Assembly: GCA_038529675.1 (NCBI GenBank)
Contig: JBCBDK010000001.1
Location: forward strand, 1 to 37,589
DNA length: 37,589 nt
Origin: Actinomycetota bacterium
GTDB taxonomy: Bacteria; Actinomycetota; Acidimicrobiia; Acidimicrobiales; Ilumatobacteraceae
Direction: 5' to 3'
Each line of letters begins with the position of its first letter. The first letter of the stretch is position 1. A program made the translations under genes and the position numbers. Below are positions 26,133 through 35,357 of this stretch, in pieces. The notes beneath the pieces were generated by a model, which searched no databases, was not told the origin of the DNA, and saw nothing but the letters and a program-made list of their open reading frames with translations.

Positions 26133-26501
26133 TCAGCGGTGGATCGCGTTCAGATAGTTGTACACCGTGATGCGGCTGACGCCCATCGCGTCGGCGACGT
26201 CCTCGACCGCGCGTCGCAGGATGAACGCTCCGCGTTCGTCGAGAAGGCGGATCGCCCGCTGCTTCTCGGCGCGCGGGAGGAGCGGCAGCCTGCCGCCGAG
26301 CTCGTTCTCGACCTGCTCGATCAACCGGTCGAGGGCCCCGTGGAGGGGCGGCAGGCGGACGGCAGCGACGGTCTCGCCACCCCACTCGAGTGGAATGTCC
26401 GCCGGCTCGGCCTGGCCTGTCGGAACGATCCGAGCACCGAGCGCCTCGGTGACCGGTCGGAGCGCAGCGAGGAGATCGCTGGTCGTCGGTTCCCCTGCCA
26501 C
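26133..26501 (-). CDS. Small HTH protein with YheO/DauR-type C-terminal HTH (HTH_22-like), no PAS domain
   Basis: EKQRAIRLLDERGAFILRRAVEDVADAMGVSRITVYNYL; TAGGCT 8 nt before the GTG. Confidence 0.85.
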   Translation of the reverse strand: MAGEPTTSDLLAALRPVTEALGARIVPTGQAEPADIPLEWGGETVAAVRLPPLHGALDRLIEQVENELGGRLPLLPRAEKQRAIRLLDERGAFILRRAVEDVADAMGVSRITVYNYLNAIHR

Positions 26502-26547
26502 GGGCGCTCAGCCTACGGAGGTTTCCGGCGTGCGGCCGACGCGGCGG

Positions 26548-26817
26548 TCAGCCGGTGCCCATGACGTGTCGCAGCCCCTCGGCTCGGGCGACGCAGTCGT
26601 TGCCGGCCGCCTCGAACGCCTCGTTGAGACGCGTGAGCGCCGACTTGAAGTTGCCGTTCCACTCCTCGAGGAACCGTTCGCGGGCGGGCCCGGTCCACGC
26701 GATGCTGCCGACCGGGCCGTCGACGGCGCGGATGATCGAGTCGACGGCACCGATCTGCTGCTTGAGGGTGGTGCCGAGTGCGTGGAGTTCGTCGGGGTTG
26801 GCGCCGAACATGCTCAT
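26548..26817 (-). CDS. WXG100/ESAT-6 family protein (type VII secretion substrate-like)
   Basis: 89 aa, helical, central W41-T-G43 followed by PARERFLEEW. GGAG SD 7 nt before ATG 26817. It is the C-terminal part of track ORF 26548..27222. Confidence 0.85.
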   Translation of the reverse strand: MSMFGANPDELHALGTTLKQQIGAVDSIIRAVDGPVGSIAWTGPARERFLEEWNGNFKSALTRLNEAFEAAGNDCVARAEGLRHVMGTG

Positions 26818-26985
26818 GGTGTTGCTCCGTGTCTCCGTGGTGACCGCGCCGGTTCGCGGGCGCGGGATCGTGGGCCGTGGTGGCTGCCGGTTGGTCGCCG
26901 GTGGGCCGTGGTGCCGGGGCGCTGCCCCGGTCACCACGTCGTGGGCGGTCGGACCCGCGTTCCGGAAACCGCGTAGGGTCGTCAC

Positions 26986-28239
26986 ATGAGCGGCCCCGCC
27001 GAACCACCGCCCGACCCGCAGCTCGAATCGGTGCGCGAGCACGTGAGCGAGCACCTCGATCGAGCGGTCGCACTCCGGCGCGACCTGCACGAGTGGCCCG
27101 AGCTCGGCAACCACCTTCCCCGCACGCGTGACGCGGTGCTCGCCGAGGTCGAAGACCTGCCGCTGGCGGTGACGCTCCACGAGTCGACCAGCGGCATCGT
27201 CGGCCTGCTCGAAGGCGATCACCCCGGGCCCACGATGCTGTTGCGCGGCGACATGGATGCGCTGCCGATGCCGGAGGACACCGAGCTGGACTTCTCGTCA
27301 CGCGTCGACGGCTGTATGCACGCGTGCGGGCACGACACCCACACGGCGATGCTCGCGACGGCGGCGCGCGTGCTGTCCGAACGAACCGGCGAGCTCCACG
27401 GCCGGGTGGCATTCATGTTCCAGCCGGGCGAGGAGGGCCACCACGGGGCTCGGTTCATGCTCGACGAAGGGCTGCTCGACGTTCCCGACCGAGCATCGGG
27501 CGAGGCGTCGCCGATCGACGCTGCGCTCGCGATCCACATCACCTCGACGATGCCGACGGGATGGATCTCGACCCGCGGTGGTCCGATCATGGCCTCGGCC
27601 GACCGCTTCGTCGTCCGGGTCGTCGGCCGCGGCGGTCACGCCAGCGAGCCGTACCGCACCGTAGACCCGATCCCCGTCGCTTGCGAGATCGTCCAGTCGC
27701 TGAACACGATGATCACGCGCTCGATCGACGTGTTCGATCCTGCGGTCGTCACGGTCGGGCGCATCACCGCCGGCACGACCAACAACGTCATCCCCGAGAC
27801 CGCCGAGATCGAGGGAACGATCCGCGCCACGAGCGAGTCGACGCGTGCGAAGGTACACGACGGCATCAGGCGGGTCGCGCACGGCATCGGCGATGCGCAC
27901 GGCTGCGAGATCGACCTCACCCTCGACATCGGATACCCGGTCACGACGAACGACGATCGGTTCGCGGACTTCGCGCTGGGCGTCGGAACCGAGGTCGCGG
28001 CGGCGGACGGCGGTTCGGGCGTCCGGCTCCCGAACCCGATCATGGGGGCCGAGGACTTCAGCTACCTCCTCCACGAGGTGCCCGGGGCCATGGTGTTCCT
28101 CGGAGCCACACCTCGCGAGCACGACCTCGCCGACGCCGCACCCAACCATTCGAACCGGGTGTACTTCGAGGAGTCGGCGATGACGACCGGCATCGGTGTG
28201 TACACGATGGCCGCGCTCCGTCACCTCGCTCCGGCCTGA
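26986..28239 (+). CDS. M20D family amidohydrolase (hippurate hydrolase-like)
   Basis: RRDLHEWPELG, LRGDMDALP, MHACGHD, FQPGEEG, GGHAS, GAEDFS. Confidence 0.93.
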   Translation: MSGPAEPPPDPQLESVREHVSEHLDRAVALRRDLHEWPELGNHLPRTRDAVLAEVEDLPLAVTLHESTSGIVGLLEGDHPGPTMLLRGDMDALPMPEDTELDFSSRVDGCMHACGHDTHTAMLATAARVLSERTGELHGRVAFMFQPGEEGHHGARFMLDEGLLDVPDRASGEASPIDAALAIHITSTMPTGWISTRGGPIMASADRFVVRVVGRGGHASEPYRTVDPIPVACEIVQSLNTMITRSIDVFDPAVVTVGRITAGTTNNVIPETAEIEGTIRATSESTRAKVHDGIRRVAHGIGDAHGCEIDLTLDIGYPVTTNDDRFADFALGVGTEVAAADGGSGVRLPNPIMGAEDFSYLLHEVPGAMVFLGATPREHDLADAAPNHSNRVYFEESAMTTGIGVYTMAALRHLAPA

Positions 28240-28284
28240 TCACTCCGGCCTGACCTCGGGGTCCCGTGCCCCACCGGCGAAGCG

Positions 28285-31200
28285 TCAGCGGCGGAGGCGC
28301 ACGGTGACCAACTCGAACGGCCGGAGGGTCAAGCGAGCCACGTCGTCGACCACGTCGACGTCCGCGTCATCGTCGACCGGCGTCTCCAGGAGATCACACC
28401 GGACTGCACCCACGATCGGTGACTGCGGCGAACGTACGGACACCGCGGTTCGGTCCCCGACGTGCTCGTGCAGCCGCACGATCAGATCGCCGGAGCCGTC
28501 GTCGGCGAGTTTGACCGCGTCGACCTCGATGCCCCGCCCCGCCACGTCGACGATCCGCGACGTCGCGTTCCCGTTCGTCGCCGTGCGGCTCGGCGCCGAC
28601 TGCGCGGCGCGGACGAACCGCGGTGGCCGCTGCAGCCGCGACGCCGCATTGCGAATCTCGGCCAGGTCGCCGTCGAAGGGCCGCAGTGCAAACGTGACCC
28701 GCCGATGCCGCCGACGATCGGCAGCCGGATCCGGGTAGCTCGCCGAGCGGGCGAGGCTGACGGTGATGCCGCCGTCGAACAGGTGGTGGCCGTATCGACC
28801 ATCGTTGAGGATCGCCACCCCGAACGACGGCTCGGCGACGCTGACGAATCGGTGGGCGCAGACCTCGAACTTCGCTGCATCCCACGGCGACGACGGATGG
28901 GTAGGTCGGTCCACCACACCGAACTGCACGTCGCACGCGGCTCGATCACTGCGGACGTCGAGCGGGAAGTGAAGCGACAAGAGGCGCTCGCGCTCGTGCC
29001 AGTCGAGATCGACGAGCAGCCGCAGCTCTCGTTCGCCGGCACGCAGTTCGTACACGACGGCGACTTCGGAGTCGTCGAACTCGCGCACGCAGCGGACCCG
29101 CCCGACGAGCGGCCCGTCATCGAGCACCTCGGGCGGCGACGCGTCGACCGCCACGGCCTGTGTCCTCGTCCATGACTCGATGTCCCACGCGTCGTACTCG
29201 ACGGGGTGGTCGGCAGCGAGCGTGACCCGAGCGGCCGTCCGATCGGGCGGCACGACCTCGCGGCCCGTCGCCACGTCGACGAACGACTCGATCTCGCCGC
29301 CGGCGGACAGCCGGACGCGCACGACGCCGTTGTCGAGCGTCGTCGGCGTCGCCGCAACGGGGGTGAGCAACGAACCCGACGTCGGCTCGCTCGCATCCGT
29401 CGGCCAGGGGACGACCGAATGCGGTGCCAGCTCGGCGACGAGGGCGATCGAGCCGTCGCCGAGCTGCTGGGCATCGGCGGCGACGTCGATGTCGACCGGC
29501 GCGCCGGGCGGCAGGATGAGCACGCCGTCGGCCGACGTGTCACACGGGTTGGCGAGTGCGTATGCGGTGGGCGCGAGCTCGCCGAGCGCCTGCTCGATCC
29601 GGCGTTCGAGCTCAGCGCCGACTCGTTCGAACGTCTCCTCCGCATCGTCGTGGACCCAGGCGATCGACGAGCCCGGGAGGATGTCGTGGAACTGCTGGGT
29701 GAGCACGTCGCGCCACAGGTCATCCACCTCCGCAGCCCCTCCGAGCGTGGCCGCCCACAGCTCGGCCTCGACGAGCAGCGCCTCGCATCGGCGGTTGCCG
29801 AGCTTGGTCTCGAGCTGGCTCGTCAGCGTGCCGCGGTGCGTCTCGAAGTAGAGCTCGCCACGCCACACCGGCACGTCCGCGCCCGCGCAGATCTCGGCGT
29901 CGATTGCGTCGAACACATCGCTCGGCGAACCGAGCTCGACGGTCGCGTCGAGCGCGCCACCAGCCAACGGCATCGCCAACCGGGTCGCGCGGGCGAGCAT
30001 CTCGCGTGTCGGTCCACCGCCGCCGTCGCCGTGACCGAACGGCATCAGCGACACGGCGCTCCAGCCGTGTTCGAGGAACCGCCGGTTGGCGTGGGCGATG
30101 TCGATCGGCGTGATCTCCGCGTCGTAGGTGTCGACGGGCGGGAAGTGCGTCAACACCCGCGTGCCGTCGAGGCCCTCCCACTCGAACGTGTGGTGGGGGA
30201 ACCGGTTCTGCTTGTTCCAGGAGAGCTTCTGGGTGACGAACCGGGTCATCCCACCCGCAGCGAAGAGCTGGGGCAAGCCTGCGGGGTAGCCGAACACGTC
30301 GGGAATCCACACCTCGGTGCACCGTCCACCGAATCGCTCCTCGAAGTATCGCTGCCCGAACACGATCTGGCGGGCGAGGCTCTCGCCGGACGGGAGGTTC
30401 ATGTCGGCCTCGACCCACATGCCGCCGACCGGGATCCACTGCCCGCGCTCGACGCGTTCGACGATGTCCGCGAACAGTTCGGGGTGGTGCTCCTCGATCC
30501 ACGCGTACTGTTGCGCCTGTGAACACGAGAACCGGAACCTCGGCTCGATGTCCATCAGCTCGACGGCGGAGGCGAAGGTGCGGGCGCACTTCCGGACCGT
30601 CTCTCGCAGCGGCCACAGCCACGCCGTGTCGATGTGGGCGTGGCCGGTCGCGATCATCCGGTGGCGACCGACGACGCCGGATCCAGGTTCGAGCAGCCCC
30701 GCGAGCCGGCTGCGCGCCCGGTCGACATCGGGCAGCGCATCGAGCGCAGCGACGATCCCGGCGCGGAGGCGGTGGCGATGTGGGTCGTCGAGTGGCAACG
30801 CCCGCATCGCCCCGTCGATCACGTCGAGGTCGTGGGCCAACGCTTCAGCACGCTCGTCGACGAGCACCACTTCGGCTCGTCGGAACACGTAGCCGGGGTC
30901 GCTCGACGCCGTGGCCGGATCGCCCTGTGCCGACGGCGTGAACTGAGGGAACGACGGGTTCGAGGCGGCCTCGACGAGCACGTCGACGGTCGCCGGCGCC
31001 CCGGCACCCGACGCCGCGACGAGGTGGTGCATGCGGCGAGGGTGGATCCCGTGTAGCGGCCGGTGGGACGTCGCATCGACGACGAGACCCTCCGCTTGAA
31101 AGCCCGGCGGATCGAGGGTGAAACCCAGATCGCAGATCACCTCGATGCGACGGTCGGCACCTCCGGCGACGGTCCGCCACGCGTCGGGGACGTCACCTGC

Positions 31201-31386
31201 GAGCCGAAACCAGGTCGTGCCCCACGGCGGCCCCCACGACGACCCCACGGCGAAGGGCGCCAGGTCGTCGGGCGACGGGCCGGCCGCGACGTCGAGCGGT
31301 CGCCGATCAGCGTGGACGAGCGGCAGCACGCGCTCCCAGAGCTCACGAGCGATCCGCTTCTCGATCAGCTCCCGATCGTCATGCAC
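28285..31386 (-). CDS. Alpha-mannosidase, glycoside hydrolase family 38
   Basis: GHAHIDTAWLWP, GGMWVEADMN, WIPDVFGY (nucleophile Asp), FGHGDGGGGP, GELYFETHRGT, QFHDILPGS. TAGGGT 7 nt before GTG 31386. Confidence 0.95.
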   Translation of the reverse strand: MHDDRELIEKRIARELWERVLPLVHADRRPLDVAAGPSPDDLAPFAVGSSWGPPWGTTWFRLAGDVPDAWRTVAGGADRRIEVICDLGFTLDPPGFQAEGLVVDATSHRPLHGIHPRRMHHLVAASGAGAPATVDVLVEAASNPSFPQFTPSAQGDPATASSDPGYVFRRAEVVLVDERAEALAHDLDVIDGAMRALPLDDPHRHRLRAGIVAALDALPDVDRARSRLAGLLEPGSGVVGRHRMIATGHAHIDTAWLWPLRETVRKCARTFASAVELMDIEPRFRFSCSQAQQYAWIEEHHPELFADIVERVERGQWIPVGGMWVEADMNLPSGESLARQIVFGQRYFEERFGGRCTEVWIPDVFGYPAGLPQLFAAGGMTRFVTQKLSWNKQNRFPHHTFEWEGLDGTRVLTHFPPVDTYDAEITPIDIAHANRRFLEHGWSAVSLMPFGHGDGGGGPTREMLARATRLAMPLAGGALDATVELGSPSDVFDAIDAEICAGADVPVWRGELYFETHRGTLTSQLETKLGNRRCEALLVEAELWAATLGGAAEVDDLWRDVLTQQFHDILPGSSIAWVHDDAEETFERVGAELERRIEQALGELAPTAYALANPCDTSADGVLILPPGAPVDIDVAADAQQLGDGSIALVAELAPHSVVPWPTDASEPTSGSLLTPVAATPTTLDNGVVRVRLSAGGEIESFVDVATGREVVPPDRTAARVTLAADHPVEYDAWDIESWTRTQAVAVDASPPEVLDDGPLVGRVRCVREFDDSEVAVVYELRAGERELRLLVDLDWHERERLLSLHFPLDVRSDRAACDVQFGVVDRPTHPSSPWDAAKFEVCAHRFVSVAEPSFGVAILNDGRYGHHLFDGGITVSLARSASYPDPAADRRRHRRVTFALRPFDGDLAEIRNAASRLQRPPRFVRAAQSAPSRTATNGNATSRIVDVAGRGIEVDAVKLADDGSGDLIVRLHEHVGDRTAVSVRSPQSPIVGAVRCDLLETPVDDDADVDVVDDVARLTLRPFELVTVRLRR

Positions 31387-31460
31387 CGCCGCGACCCTAC
31401 GAGATCCACGCGAACGCCCGTCCGCTCGCGCAGCCCTTCGCCGACGCGAGACTGGTGTCG

Positions 31461-32231
31461 ATGGGCGATCCGCGAGAAGGCCTCGAGCCGGACGGGACGA
31501 TCCGAACCGGTGCCAGCGCCGAACGGATCGCCGACCGCTATCGAGCGCTCGTGGCGTCCACGATCGAAGCCGTCCTCGCGGCTGCGCCGGCCGCGTCCGT
31601 CTACGCCTACGGGTCGGTGACGACGGGACAGGCCGAGAGCCCCCGGTCCGACGTCGATGTCCTGACCATCGGGCTCGATCCGTCGATCGCCCGCGAGATC
31701 GCGCTCGATGCCTCCACGCGGTTCTCCCACCTCTGCCGAGGCGTCGAGATCGCCGCGGGAGCGCCCGGCGACTTCGTCGGCGACACGAGCGAGTCGTACG
31801 GCGCACAGGTGTTTCTCCACCACTATTGCATCCACCTCACCGGCCCTGACCTCGACCGCGCAGTGACCGGCTTCGCGGGCGATCGGCGCGCAGCGCGAGG
31901 TTTCAACGGCGACATCGGGCGGCACGCCGAGCGCTGGCGACGATCACTCGGCGAGGTCGATCCGGGCGACCTCGGCCGCCGCATCGCGCGCAAGACGCTG
32001 CTTGCGTGCGCCGGGCTCGTCAGCGTGCACGACGGCACATGGACGACGGATCGCCGGCGCTCCGCACGGCGATGGAGCGAGATCCACCCGGGCCTCCGTG
32101 CCGGGCTCACCCAACTGCTCGAGTTGGCCGACGGCGCCGCCCGCCCGTCCCGAGCCGAAGTCACTGCGAACCTCGACGACGTCGTCGACGTGATCGCTCA
32201 GCAGTTCGCCGACGAGATCGGGCTGTGGTGA
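31461..32231 (+). CDS. Pol-beta-superfamily nucleotidyltransferase domain protein
   Basis: VYAYGSV...SDVDVL (hG[S]x9-13DhD motif), followed by a helical C-terminal region. Confidence 0.8.
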   Translation: MGDPREGLEPDGTIRTGASAERIADRYRALVASTIEAVLAAAPAASVYAYGSVTTGQAESPRSDVDVLTIGLDPSIAREIALDASTRFSHLCRGVEIAAGAPGDFVGDTSESYGAQVFLHHYCIHLTGPDLDRAVTGFAGDRRAARGFNGDIGRHAERWRRSLGEVDPGDLGRRIARKTLLACAGLVSVHDGTWTTDRRRSARRWSEIHPGLRAGLTQLLELADGAARPSRAEVTANLDDVVDVIAQQFADEIGLW

Positions 32232-32249
32232 CGATCCGGAGCCGATCTG

Positions 32250-33056
32250 TCAGCGGTCGGGGTACAGCAGGTCGATCACCGGGTCGATGCGGGGACCGCG
32301 CCGCAGGTGGTGTCCGCCGTCGATGCTGATCGCCTCGCCCGTGATCCAACCGCTCTCAGGTCCGGCGAGGAACCGGACGAGCGCGCCGACTTCGTCGGCG
32401 GTGCCCGGACGACCGAGCGGCATCTGGTCGAGGTAGTCGTGGACGATCTCAGGCGAGCCCAGCAGCCCCGCGGTCGCATCGGTCGGCACGAGGCTCGGTC
32501 GCACCGCGTTCGCCCGGATGCCGTGTTCACCGAGTTCGTCGGCGACTTGACGGACCAGCATCTCGAGGCCCGCCTTGGACACTGCGTACGGCGTCATGAA
32601 CCGGTGCGTCGCCACGCCGGCGATCGACGACACGGCGACGATCGACCCACCGCCGGCAACGCGGAGGTGCGGAACAGCCGACCGTATCGCGAGGAACACC
32701 CCGGTGAGATTGGTGCCGATCACACCGTTCCAGTCGTCGAGCGTCGTCTGCTCGAACGGACTGGCCGACCCGTAACCGGCGTTGGCGACGAGCATGCGAA
32801 GCGGGCCATGCTCCGCCGCAGCGGCCATCGCCGCGACGACCGACTGCTCGTCGGTGACATCGCAGCGAACCGTCTCCACCGCCCCGACGACATCATCGTC
32901 CGCAGCGAGTTCGGCTACGGCACCAGCGAGCCGCGACTCGTCGCGGCCCGCGAGCACGACCGTCGCCCCGTCGGTCGCCAACGCCCGCGCGCAGCCGAGC
33001 CCGATGCCCGAGCCACCACCGGTGACGATCGCGACCTGATTCGACAGCACAGCCAT
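32250..33056 (-). CDS. Short-chain dehydrogenase/reductase
   Basis: TGGGSGIG, NAG, YAVSK catalytic motif, ITGEAISIDGG. Confidence 0.93.
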   Translation of the reverse strand: MAVLSNQVAIVTGGGSGIGLGCARALATDGATVVLAGRDESRLAGAVAELAADDDVVGAVETVRCDVTDEQSVVAAMAAAAEHGPLRMLVANAGYGSASPFEQTTLDDWNGVIGTNLTGVFLAIRSAVPHLRVAGGGSIVAVSSIAGVATHRFMTPYAVSKAGLEMLVRQVADELGEHGIRANAVRPSLVPTDATAGLLGSPEIVHDYLDQMPLGRPGTADEVGALVRFLAGPESGWITGEAISIDGGHHLRRGPRIDPVIDLLYPDR

Positions 33057-33152
33057 CTCGCCATCTTCGCCTGCACCTCCCGGCGGGCCCCAGTTCGATC
33101 TCCGACGCGCTGATGCGACCACGACACGACCGGCACGCGATCATCGACAGCG

Positions 33153-34385
33153 ATGTCAGCCGACGACGCGACGCCCCGAACACCGCTGCACGGGATCACC
33201 GTGCTCGACCTGACGCGGGTGCTGTCCGGGCCGCACTGCGGTCGGATGCTCTGCGACCTCGGCGCCGACGTGATCAAGATCGAGCCGCCGGCGGGCGACC
33301 TGACGCGCTTCTCGGCGCCACGCCGTCGGGGCATGGCGACGTACTTCGTCCAGCAGAACGTCGGCAAGCGCAACGTCAGCCTCGACCTCGGTACGCCCGA
33401 CGGTGTGGCAGTGTTTCTCGACCTCGTGGCCGCGGCCGACGTCGTGCTCGAGAACTACCGACCCGGGGTGATGGAGCGCCTCGGGTGCGGCCCGGCGACG
33501 ATGCTCGAACGGAACCCTCGCATCGTGATCGCATCGATCTCGGGCTACGGCCAGACCGGACCGTGGGTCGGTCGACGCGCCTACGCACCGGTCGTCGAGG
33601 CCGAGGCGGGGCTGATCGCGATGCAAGCGCGCAATGGTCGCGATCCCACGAAGGATCCGTCGAGTCACGCCGACGTGTACGCCGGGATGGAAGCGTGCAC
33701 GGGCATTCTGGCTGCGCTGCTCCAACGGGAGCGGACCGGCCGCGGCCAGCACGTCGACATCTCGATGGCCGAGACGATGCTCTACGTCAACGAGCACCTC
33801 CACGACCTGCTGTGGGACGGCGAGGCCGACCCGAACTGGATCCGCAGCTTTCGCCCCGACGACTATCCGGTCCTCACCGTCGCCAACGGTGAGCGCGTCC
33901 TCGTCAGCGGCCATCCGGCCGAACGCGGGACCTTCGACCTGTTCGTCGCAGCGATGGGTCAACCCGAGCTCCTCGACGACCCGCGCTTCGTCGACGTCGA
34001 GTCGCGCCTCGCCCACCTCGACGACCTGGTCGAGTTGCTGCACTCGTGGGCGGCGACGATGCCCGATCCGGATGCGATGGAGACGCGCCTGGCCGAACAT
34101 CGACTGGCAATGGGTCGCGTCCGCGATCCGGGCGAGCTCGCCGACACCGACTGGGCAGTCGACCGTGCGGCCGTCGTTCGCGTCCCTGACCGTTCCGGCG
34201 GCACGGTGCGCGTCCCGAACGCACCGTGGACGTTCTCGGACGCGCCCGACGCCGGCACCGATGGCGAGCCCCGCTATCGCGGTGAGGACAACCGAGCAGT
34301 CCTCGCCGAGCTCGCCGGCTACGACGACGTTCGGCTCGACGCGCTCGAAGGCGCCGGGGTGCTCTCGTCGCGGGTGCCCGACTGA
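33153..34385 (+). CDS. CoA-transferase family III (CaiB/BaiF)
   Basis: LHGITVLDLTRVLSGP, LGADVIKIEPP, GKRNVSLDL, ENYRPG, ISGYGQTGP, TGRGQHVDISM. Confidence 0.93.
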   Translation: MSADDATPRTPLHGITVLDLTRVLSGPHCGRMLCDLGADVIKIEPPAGDLTRFSAPRRRGMATYFVQQNVGKRNVSLDLGTPDGVAVFLDLVAAADVVLENYRPGVMERLGCGPATMLERNPRIVIASISGYGQTGPWVGRRAYAPVVEAEAGLIAMQARNGRDPTKDPSSHADVYAGMEACTGILAALLQRERTGRGQHVDISMAETMLYVNEHLHDLLWDGEADPNWIRSFRPDDYPVLTVANGERVLVSGHPAERGTFDLFVAAMGQPELLDDPRFVDVESRLAHLDDLVELLHSWAATMPDPDAMETRLAEHRLAMGRVRDPGELADTDWAVDRAAVVRVPDRSGGTVRVPNAPWTFSDAPDAGTDGEPRYRGEDNRAVLAELAGYDDVRLDALEGAGVLSSRVPD

Positions 34386-34399
34386 GGCGACACTCGGCG

Positions 34400-35344
34400 A
34401 TGGAACTCCGCTTCCCGGTCGCTCCGATGAAGGCGACGCTGGGCTCGTTGCCCGCCGCCGACGACGATCGATGGGCGTACGAGATCAAGTGGGACGGGCA
34501 TCGCACGCTCGTCCACGTCGATGGCGAGCAGGTCCGCGTGCAGAGCGGTGGTGGCAAGGACGTCACCCATCGTTGGCCCGAGGTCGTCGCGATCGCCGAT
34601 CACGTCAACGCCGGCGAGGCGATCCTCGACGGCGAGGTCGTCGTGCTCGGCGACGACGGGCTCCCGAGTTTCGATCTCGTGCAACGCCGACACGGGCCGG
34701 GCACGCCCGACGCCGACCAGCAGACGGCGGGCCACCTGATGTTCCACGCGTTCGACGTCGTGAGCGTCGACGGGACCGTGACGACCGGGTTGCCCTACGT
34801 CGATCGGCGGCGACTGTTGGCCTCACTCGTCGAACCCGGGCCGCACTGGTCGGTTCCCGAGCATCGGGTCGGCGGCGGCGCCGAACTCGTGCGGGCCACT
34901 GCCGAACTCGGGCTCGAGGGCGTGATCGCCAAGCGACTCGACTCGACGTACCGCGTCGGCGCTCGCAGCAAGGACTGGCTGAAGATCAAGCACCGGCGCA
35001 CCGTCGAACTGCCGATCGGTGGCTTCACCACCGGAACGGGCAATCGTGCGACCACCTTCGGCGCCCTGCTCGTCGGCCAGCGGGACGACGCCACCTCCGA
35101 GCTGCGCTTCGCCGGCGGCGTCGGGACCGGATTCGATCAGCGCATCCTCACCGAGCTGACGTCGCAGCTCCGCGACCTGATGACCGAACACTGCCCGTTC
35201 GATCCCGAGCCGCCGCGCGCGATCAGCCGCAGCGCTACGTGGGTCGAGCCTGCACTCATGGCACGGATCGAGATCGCCGAGTTCACGAACGACGGGCACG
35301 TGCGCCACGCGAGCTTCGTCGAGCTCGTCGACGGCTCCGTCTGA
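34400..35344 (+). CDS. ATP-dependent DNA ligase, stand-alone LigD/LigC-type ligase domain
   Basis: YEIKWDG (adenylated Lys), LDGEVV, AFDVV, EGVIAKR, WLKIK, OB-fold AGGVGTGF...RHASF. Confidence 0.9.
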   Translation: MELRFPVAPMKATLGSLPAADDDRWAYEIKWDGHRTLVHVDGEQVRVQSGGGKDVTHRWPEVVAIADHVNAGEAILDGEVVVLGDDGLPSFDLVQRRHGPGTPDADQQTAGHLMFHAFDVVSVDGTVTTGLPYVDRRRLLASLVEPGPHWSVPEHRVGGGAELVRATAELGLEGVIAKRLDSTYRVGARSKDWLKIKHRRTVELPIGGFTTGTGNRATTFGALLVGQRDDATSELRFAGGVGTGFDQRILTELTSQLRDLMTEHCPFDPEPPRAISRSATWVEPALMARIEIAEFTNDGHVRHASFVELVDGSV

Positions 35345-35357
35345 CACGATGCGGCCG

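Noticed and set aside
31461-33056. MNT-HEPN toxin-antitoxin pair
   Set aside because: The neighbours are an SDR and GH38; there is no separate HEPN gene.
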